Assembly: GCA_951812855.1 (NCBI GenBank)
Contig: OX638337.1
Location: 600,001 to 632,000 of the forward strand
Source of the DNA: an uncultured Lentisphaeria bacterium
Lineage (GTDB): Bacteria; Verrucomicrobiota; Lentisphaeria; JABSQK01; JAJFLO01
Length of the DNA stretch: 32,000 bases
Direction: 5' to 3'
In this document: positions 26,352 through 32,000 of the stretch, in pieces
Position numbering within the stretch: the first letter of the stretch is position 1
Layout: each line of letters begins with the position of its first letter
Program-made: the position numbers and the translations under genes
The notes under the pieces: generated by a model
Seen by the model: the letters and a program-made list of their open reading frames with translations, nothing else
Told to the model about the DNA's origin: nothing
Database searches by the model: none

Positions 26352-26513
26352 GATGATTCCTTGTTGTTGTGATTAAAATTGTGAGAGATTAAGTATAAAC
26401 TTAACCCTCAATTTCAGTCAACAGGGAATTACACCCGGATTTTGAATCTACGTTCGATATACAATGGAAAATATTAAATCACAACGTAAATCCGTCGAGT
26501 TAACACGGTCTAA

Positions 26514-27326
26514 GTGACTCATCGGTTTAATCATGCATCGATGCCAAATTTTGTCAGTCTCTCAGGCATCTCACTTATTGACGGCTCTGTTGTTCAAAAA
26601 CACAACGTGCTATTCAAAGGTATTGATGCCTGCCTGGATATTGATGGTATTCCACAAAGTGCAACTGGGCAAACGAGCTTGTTCACAGGGCATAATGCAT
26701 CGAAAGTTTTAGAATATCATCTTCCGGTCTTCCCCTCTGATTGAGATAATAACGAATAACTCGATTCTTAAACAAGTAACTGAACAAGGCGGTAAAGCAA
26801 TATTTGCCAATGCATATACTCCATAATATTTTGAACTTGTTGAACAGGGGAAAAGGAAGCGTAGTGCAACAACACTCTTTATGTTAGCTGCACAATTAGA
26901 TTTTCTAACACGGGATGATTTACGTTGGGGCCATGCGGTGTATCGGGACATTACAAACGAATATTTGCATTATAACGACTCTTCACTGCCATTGTTTTCA
27001 GCCAATAGTGCTGAAAATTTCACATGATCATGTAAAATATTGTACGAATGCTTTGCTTCTGATATAGTAGGTTACCGCAAGGGTTTAGGAAATGGAATAA
27101 AGTTTTTGGAGCAACTCGACGACTTTTTGAGGGGATAATGGAAACGACAGAGCCGGAAACAAGCATTCTGATTACCAGTGACCATGCAAATCTTAAGGAT
27201 TTATCAGCAGGAGCTCACACGCATAATCCCGTTCCTTCAGTGGTTTCAGGACCTCCGGCTCAGTATTGTGAGTTATTAAACTCAATTTTGGATGTTAACC
27301 CCTGCAGCCGTTTCCTTTTTGAATGA
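26514..27326 (+). pseudogene. Alkaline-phosphatase-superfamily 'metalloenzyme' (iPGM/phosphopentomutase-like) gene with multiple frameshifts and in-frame stops
   Basis: Three frames are needed to read it. Segment 1 is ...DGIPQSATGQTSLFTGHNASKVLEYHLPVFPS. Segment 2 (from ~26731) is LIEIITNNSILKQVTEQGGKAIFANAYTP*YFELVEQGKRKRSATTLFMLAAQLDFLTRDDLRWGHAVYRDITNE...*...GNGIKFLEQLDDFLRG, with TAA at 26824-26826 and TGA at 27025-27027. Segment 3 (27138-27326) is METTEPETSILITSDHANLKDLSAGAHTHNPVP. The frame changes coincide with a C4 run (26732-26735) and a G4 run (27131-27134). Confidence 0.7.
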
Positions 27327-27381
27327 AAGACGTTAGAGGCCAAAATTTAACACGGACATATTTGAAAGTAGTTAACAGATA

Positions 27382-28182
27382 ATGATTATTTCTTCTCAGG
27401 AGATTCATTTATGGTATGCTTATGACGAACAGATTTGCGATTCACAATTGTTATCTCAATATTTCAATTTGCTGAATCCGGAGGAATATTCACGACAGAA
27501 ACGCTTTTATTTTGAAAAACATCGTCATCAATACCTGATTACACGCACTATGCTGCGTACAGTATTGTCGTTTTACGCAAAAGAAATTGCCCCTGAGGAT
27601 TGGCAGTTTACGAAAAATGATTACGGTAAACCATCTATCAGAAATTCTTCTGTAACCCTGCCAATACGATTTAACATATCGCATACTGAAGGTTTGGTGG
27701 TCTTGGCCATTACTTTAGATCATGAAGTCGGAGTTGATGTAGAACATTTACTTCGATCAGGTAAGACAGTAGAAATAGCAGATAACTATTTCTCTCCAAT
27801 TGAAGTGAACTATTTGCGCGAACTGCCGCCTGAAAAGCAAAGAGATCGATTTTTTGATTTTTGGACTTTAAAAGAGGCATATATAAAAGCGTGTGGCATG
27901 GGATTGTCGATTCCTTTAAATCAATTTAGTTTTTCATTCTCTGTGCAAGGCGAGATCGCTGTTTCATTTGATCCCGCAAGAGATGATCAACCCGAAAATT
28001 GGAAGTTTTGGCAAATTCGTCCCGATGATAATTATATAGTCTCGCTTGCAATTAAGGAAATTGAATGCCCTAAACCTTATTCGCTATTAATGCGAAAAAT
28101 TATTCCCTCATCAACGATTGAAGAAGTAGATTATCCCCTGATAAGGAAATCTTCCTCAGCAAAGATGTCTCAACTCAATTAG
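27382..28182 (+). CDS. Sfp-type 4'-phosphopantetheinyl transferase
   Basis: RFNISHTEGLVVLAI, VGVDVEHL and FFDFWTLKEAYIKACGMG are the Sfp/EntD-family signature blocks, including the W/F-x-x-KEA-x-x-K motif. The 266-codon frame is intact with an ATG start. Confidence 0.85.
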   Translation: MIISSQEIHLWYAYDEQICDSQLLSQYFNLLNPEEYSRQKRFYFEKHRHQYLITRTMLRTVLSFYAKEIAPEDWQFTKNDYGKPSIRNSSVTLPIRFNISHTEGLVVLAITLDHEVGVDVEHLLRSGKTVEIADNYFSPIEVNYLRELPPEKQRDRFFDFWTLKEAYIKACGMGLSIPLNQFSFSFSVQGEIAVSFDPARDDQPENWKFWQIRPDDNYIVSLAIKEIECPKPYSLLMRKIIPSSTIEEVDYPLIRKSSSAKMSQLN

Positions 28183-28326
28183 ATGCTGTGTGTTGAATAG
28201 ACATGGAATTATTCTCCCTTTGACCGCTAAGACTGATAAAATTTCAGGTTATTCTATTAAAGAACCTTGTCTTAGCCGATCCTTAAAAACGATTTAATAT
28301 GTTATGTATTATATTCAATTGATCAA

Positions 28327-28617
28327 ATGACCGAAAAATTAGCTGCTTATCGTAAAAACCGGTCAATCCGGTTGAACAAATCTAAGGAGAACCTAATACA
28401 GAGACAATCCCGAAATGGTAAAGAGCAACAATTTCTTTACAGTGGTTTATGTTGAATCCAAATCACAGACTTTACCGAATCTCTCATGCGATCCCGCGGG
28501 ATAATTTTAGAAAAAGCGTTCAAGAAATATTATGTCAATTTTGGGCGGCCGGCGAAGCCAGGTCGTTTAATGATCAGTCCTTTACTGTTAAAACAATTTT
28601 ACAATTCCCGTGACTAA
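28327..28617 (+). mobile_element. IS5/IS1182-like transposase N-terminal (DUF772/InsH-N type) remnant with an internal TGA
   Basis: A single frame reads MTEKLAAYRKN...QQFLYSGLC*IQITDFTESLMRSRGIILEKAFKKYYVNFGRPAKPGRLMISPLLLKQFYNSRD*. The Y...GRPA.p...M...LLLk..yN.SD block is characteristic of that N-terminal domain. No DDE domain follows. Confidence 0.5.
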
Positions 28618-28888
28618 AGAGAATAAACATGACGCAGAACATGAAATGCTTAAATTATGAGACAACAGAGTAGACTTAATCGTTTCAGCACGATATATGC
28701 AAATATTGACAGGTCAATTTGTGAATCATTTTCCAAACAAAATTATAACTATTCATTATTCATTTTTACCGGCATTTGTTGGTGCAAATCCCTATCGGAA
28801 AGCCTCAGATAAAGCAGTTAAAATCATCGGTGCTGCAGCACACTGTGTAACGCATGAGCCGGACGGGGATGTAAAGGACAGATCATAA
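28592..28888 (+). pseudogene. purU: Formyltetrahydrofolate deformylase (PurU) mid-gene fragment with an in-frame TGA
   Basis: It reads [86 protein letters not shown] (TGA at 28658-28660). Compare the PurU core ...IPVT..NK...E..ll.ll....vDLvVLARYMQIL...INIHHSFLPaF.GA.PY.qA...GVKlIGATAHYVT. The ACT domain and N-terminal half, and the last ~60 aa, are absent. Confidence 0.8.
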
Positions 28889-28924
28889 ATATTTAAATGA
28901 TATTTTTTGCACCCTTTAGAATAA

Positions 28925-29428
28925 CTAAATTGGCGGTTTTAAATAAATCCCGTCTCCACTATGTGAAATGAGTGCATGACACAGTGCAAGGGCAATGGCG
29001 TCAGTAGAATCTTTCGGGATCTGTTGAATATTCAAATTTAACATCTGTGACACGGAATGGGCTACCTGGTCCTTAGATGCACTGCCGTTTCCCACAACAG
29101 CCTGCTTAGCTTTTCGAGGTGCATACTCATAAATTGGAATTTTTTCTCTGGCTAAAATGCTGACAACGGCCCCCCTTGCCATACCCAATATCATCGCAGT
29201 TTGTGCATTCTTAAAATAATATCCGCCTTCAATGGCGGCAATTTGAGGATTATACAGCTTAACGATTTCTTCAATTCCACCCCTTAATCGATGTAAGCAT
29301 TCGCTTAGCGGTATTTTGGGTTTATTCTTTACCACACCACAATCAATCGCAGTATATTTTTTACCAGAAATTTCTATGATGCCATAACCGGTACATCTTA
29401 ATGCTGTATCTACGCCGATAACGATCAC
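28925..29428 (-). CDS. ruvC: Crossover junction endodeoxyribonuclease RuvC
   Basis: IVIGVDTALRCTGYGIIE, AAIEGGYYFKNAQTAMILGMARG and KDSTDAIALALCH are RuvC motifs. It has a GTG start and lies downstream of yebC, as in many bacteria. Confidence 0.9.
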   Translation of the reverse strand: MIVIGVDTALRCTGYGIIEISGKKYTAIDCGVVKNKPKIPLSECLHRLRGGIEEIVKLYNPQIAAIEGGYYFKNAQTAMILGMARGAVVSILAREKIPIYEYAPRKAKQAVVGNGSASKDQVAHSVSQMLNLNIQQIPKDSTDAIALALCHALISHSGDGIYLKPPI

Positions 29429-29665
29429 AATAAATCTCTATTTGAAAAGTAGGGAAATAGGTATTTAAAGATGTTTTTCATGTCATTTTTTTTGCTGAGT
29501 GTTTGACACTGACTAAATAATATTTCTAACATCTAATGTCCGGTTTTTCACGAATCATTTACACAAAGTTAATAATGTCTTTTTTAATTTATCCAATATT
29601 CACAAGAAGCAACGTATACTGACAACGACACTGATAATTTATCCGTTTCAGCGTTGCAACAGCAG

Positions 29666-30427
29666 TTATTCTGAAGCCGGACTTTCAAGAATTGTGTCAT
29701 CGATATTTGCATTTGCATATACATCCTGTGTATCATCATAATCCTCCAGGTTGTCTAACAATCTGAGCACCTGCCTGGCGATTGAACTATCGGTTACATC
29801 AACTTGGTTTTCAGGGATTCTTACGATCCCGGATTCATTAGGAATAATACCCTTATTTTCGAATAGCGATACCACCTGATCAAAAATTTCAGGGTGTCCG
29901 ATTAACTCAAGTTGATTGTCGTCCCTGTTTATATCCTCAACATCAATTCCCGTATCAAAACACATCTCCATCAGAGATTCTTCATCAAGGTTTTCGTCTG
30001 AAAGGATAAATCGTGATTTGCGATGAAACATCCAGCTAACCGCTCCGCTATTTGCCAGATTACCATTTGCTTTCGCGAAAATATTACGAATGTCTGCAGC
30101 AGTTCTATTTCGGTTATCAGAAAGACAATCAACAATAATAGCAACTCCTCCGGCCGCATACCCTTCGTAATTTAATTCTTCAAGCATTTGTCCACCAAGC
30201 TCACCTGCTCCCTTTTTAATTGCCCGATCGATATTGTCATTTGGCATATTTACATTTTTTGCAGCAGTAATTGCACTGCGTAAACGTGGATTTGTATCCG
30301 GCTCCTTACCACCAAGTTTTGTTGCTAACATAAGTTCTTTACTGAAACGTGAAAAAATTTTGCCTTTTTTGGCATCGACAGCAGCCTTTTTATGCTTAAT
30401 AGATGACCATTTATTATGTCCTGACAT
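29666..30427 (-). CDS. yebC: YebC/PmpR-family DNA-binding transcriptional regulator
   Basis: MSGHNKWSSIKHKKAAVDAKKGKIFSRFSKELMLA..., the 253 aa length and the full-length family pattern all fit. Confidence 0.9.
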   Translation of the reverse strand: MSGHNKWSSIKHKKAAVDAKKGKIFSRFSKELMLATKLGGKEPDTNPRLRSAITAAKNVNMPNDNIDRAIKKGAGELGGQMLEELNYEGYAAGGVAIIVDCLSDNRNRTAADIRNIFAKANGNLANSGAVSWMFHRKSRFILSDENLDEESLMEMCFDTGIDVEDINRDDNQLELIGHPEIFDQVVSLFENKGIIPNESGIVRIPENQVDVTDSSIARQVLRLLDNLEDYDDTQDVYANANIDDTILESPASE

Positions 30428-30683
30428 TTTTTTAATACCTTACATAATTATGTTACTTTTTATATATAGAATACTTGCAAGAGAACCGACTAAGTCTATG
30501 TTGTACTTCTTTCTTCCGATAACAATAGTATACTGCAGGCAGTCGTTTTTTCGACAATCCTTTATCACTTTCGGTGGGCAGTTTGCAGAAACCTGTCGAA
30601 AACCCGTTCGATTTCAGTGTTACACATTATTAGAATTTAGATTTTGGAATTATCCTCATTACCTGTAATCAGGAATTAAAACA

Positions 30684-31610
30684 ATGGAAAATGTCGTTAT
30701 AATAGGAACCGGTGCTGCGGGGTACACAGCAGCTATCTATACTGCAAGAGCACAACTGAATCCGCTGATGATCTCAGGGCAATTACCCGGAGGTCAGCTT
30801 ACTCAGACAACGGATGTTGAAAATTATCCTGGTTTTTCAGATGGCATTCTGGGTTTTGATTTGATGGACTCAATGCGAAAACAAGCAGAACGGTTTGAAT
30901 GTCGAATTCAATCAAATACCGTTACAGATGTGAATTTTAAAAATGGGGGTCCGCAGGAACTCATATTGGATAATGGTGAAACCATCACCAGTAAGACTGT
31001 AATTATCAGTACCGGGGCATCTCCGAATTGGCTTGGTTTAGATTCAGAGGAAAAATTGAAAAACAAGGGTGTCTCCTCCTGTGCAACCTGTGATGGTGCT
31101 TTCTTTCGAGACGTCCCGATTTGTGTTATTGGCGGGGGCGACACCGCTATGGAAGAAGCAACATTTTTAACTCGATATGCAAGCAAAGTTATTATTGTCC
31201 ATCGTCGAAATGAATTCAGAGCCTCCAAAATCATGGTCGGCCGTGCCCTGAATAACCCTGGAATAGAGGTATCGTGGGATAGTGTTCCAGTAGAATTTCT
31301 GGATGTAAATGAAGGAAAAGTTACCGGACTAATTGTTAAAGATGTAAGAACTAACGAGCAAAAAACCATCGAATGCGGTGCAATTTTTGTAGCAATTGGG
31401 CATCGTCCCAATACCGCCGCCTTCCGGCAGGTGATTGAACTGGATGAAAACGGCTACATTAAGGTGCAGGATGTAACTGCGCGTACAAATATCAGTGGAG
31501 TCTTTGCTGCAGGTGATTGTGTCGATCATGTTTACAGACAAGCAGTGACCGCTGCGGGTATGGGCTGCAAAGCTGGAATCGATGCAGAACGCTGGTTGGA
31601 AGCACAGTAG
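30684..31610 (+). CDS. trxB: Thioredoxin-disulfide reductase
   Basis: It has the FAD GxGxxG motif ([12 protein letters not shown]), the redox-active CATCDG, the NADPH site [10 protein letters not shown], and the C-terminal GDCVD...[11 protein letters not shown]. Confidence 0.9.
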   Translation: MENVVIIGTGAAGYTAAIYTARAQLNPLMISGQLPGGQLTQTTDVENYPGFSDGILGFDLMDSMRKQAERFECRIQSNTVTDVNFKNGGPQELILDNGETITSKTVIISTGASPNWLGLDSEEKLKNKGVSSCATCDGAFFRDVPICVIGGGDTAMEEATFLTRYASKVIIVHRRNEFRASKIMVGRALNNPGIEVSWDSVPVEFLDVNEGKVTGLIVKDVRTNEQKTIECGAIFVAIGHRPNTAAFRQVIELDENGYIKVQDVTARTNISGVFAAGDCVDHVYRQAVTAAGMGCKAGIDAERWLEAQ

Positions 31611-31677
31611 CTGTGAGTAAAATGTACTTAAAGTAAAATTTTTTAAACTGGATAATTTACTGTATCATTTATAAAAA

Positions 31678-31761
31678 GCTCGGGTGGCGGAATTGGCAGA
31701 CGCGCCAGGTTGAGGGCCTGGTGGGGTTAAACCCGTGCGGGTTCGAGTCCCGCTCCGAGCA
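31678..31761 (+). tRNA. tRNA-Leu (anticodon GAG), class II with long variable arm; CCA not encoded
   Basis: Folded by hand. Acceptor: GCTCGGG/TCCGAGC (one G-T pair). D arm: GCG-GAATTGGCAGA-CGC. Anticodon arm: CCAGG-TTGAGGG-CCTGG (anticodon GAG). Variable arm: TGGGGTTAAACCCGT. T arm: GCGGG-TTCGAGT-CCCGC. Discriminator is A, followed by CTA. Confidence 0.85.
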
Positions 31762-31796
31762 CTACGGTTCAACTAATAAATCAATACTGTAGATTC

Positions 31797-32000
31797 CTAG
31801 ACAACCTCTCCTGTGATCATATCATCGTCAACAGTTTCAAGCTTAACCGGAATCAACCTGTTGGACAAATCCAAATCCGATTTGACTTTTACTCTGGCAT
31901 AATGATCTGTAAGGCCTTGCCAGTATCCATTCTTGAGCTGCTCAAATAACACAGGTTCCACATTATCAATTAATTTACTGTAAAACTCGTGTTTTTTGTG
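31797..32000 (-). CDS. C-terminal (TRAM-domain) end of a MiaB/MtaB/RimO-family radical-SAM methylthiotransferase; 5' part outside the window
   Basis: The minus-strand frame is open to the window edge: HKKHEFYSKLIDNVEPVLFEQLKNGYWQGLTDHYARVKVKSDLDLSNRLIPVKLETVDDDMITGEVV*. The pattern vL.E....g...G.T..Y.rV.v...l.n.l..V.l.....d.l.G is typical of the family's C-terminus. The subfamily cannot be decided from 67 aa. Confidence 0.5.
   Translation of the reverse strand, partial: HKKHEFYSKLIDNVEPVLFEQLKNGYWQGLTDHYARVKVKSDLDLSNRLIPVKLETVDDDMITGEVV

Noticed and set aside
16605-28660. Stop-codon reassignment (TGA or TAG read as sense) as an explanation for in-frame stops in the DJ-1, purU, IS and metalloenzyme loci.
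   Set aside because: Intact genes in the window terminate with TGA (nrdR, mreD-like) and encode Trp with TGG. All three stop codons occur as lesions, and they coexist with frameshifts and deletions. Pseudogenisation explains the data better.
29429-29665. The unusually long yebC-ruvC spacer (237 nt), checked for a small gene or structured RNA.
   Set aside because: Only 10-18 codon ORFs without ribosome-binding context and 4-bp palindromes are present. Nothing there is supportable.
30428-30683. An imperfect inverted repeat (…GTCGTTTTTTCGACA… / …TGTCGAAAACCCGT…) in the divergent yebC/trxB promoter region.
   Set aside because: The match is only ~10 of 14 positions and the spacing is arbitrary. 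This is not distinguishable from chance in AT-rich intergenic DNA.
496-31541. There are many 60-170 aa ORFs nested antisense or out of frame inside well-supported genes. Examples are 496..708, 2419..2703, 2531..2857, 3668..3991, 6655..6936, 7955..8480, 12689..13162, 17080..18207, 19013..19300, 20423..21061, 21559..21822, 30234..30668 and 30908..31411.
   Set aside because: Each lies wholly within, or largely overlaps, a gene with strong family motifs on the other strand or frame. Their translations are low-complexity or motif-free, and several start at TTG or GTG. They look like shadow ORFs, not overlapping genes.
1-32000. CRISPR arrays, tandem repeats, prophage or defence-island hallmarks (integrase, reverse transcriptase, toxin-antitoxin pairs, restriction-modification genes).
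   Set aside because: I saw no regularly spaced direct repeats and no ORFs with the corresponding motifs. The only mobile-element traces are the two degraded transposase stubs reported above.

Overview
This is a visibly AT-rich bacterial chromosomal segment using the standard genetic code: intact genes end in TGA, TAA or TAG, and Trp is encoded by TGG. I cannot assign a taxon from the sequence alone. The backbone is ordinary housekeeping: bioB (5' partial) and bioF, xthA, ridA, ymdB-like, nrdR, ftsB/divIC-like, mreD-like plus PBP2 (mrdA), pabB, a TraB-family protein, ftsK, a rodZ-like gene, a large PpiD-like chaperone, rubredoxin (55 aa, absent from the ORF track), a SirB1-YccV fusion protein, an Sfp-type phosphopantetheinyl transferase, ruvC, yebC, trxB, tRNA-Leu(GAG), and the 3' end of a MiaB/MtaB-like gene. 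The most striking feature is about a dozen gene relics lying between these intact genes. They are a histidine-kinase ATPase fragment, a receiver-domain fragment, a voltage-sensor-only ion-channel remnant, a DJ-1/PfpI gene with a frameshift and a TAG, and an LplT/acyltransferase/acyl-ACP-synthetase gene with its adenylation module gutted. They also include a split SpoIIM-like membrane protein, a headless beta-helix adhesin fragment, a multiply broken alkaline-phosphatase-superfamily (metalloenzyme) gene, a purU mid-gene fragment, two dead IS remnants (IS30-like and IS5/DUF772-like), and a weak pseudopilin-like fragment. I found no CRISPR array, rRNA, integrase, reverse transcriptase or recognisable defence cassette, and I cannot point to a clear novel multi-gene system. 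The best leads are an intact orphan ORF with a divergent ATP-cone-like N-terminus translationally coupled to nrdR, the genome-erosion pattern itself, the orphan Sfp-type PPTase inside a decayed island, and the module-specific decay of the lplT-aas fusion. All homology calls come from reading the translations by eye; no database search was run.
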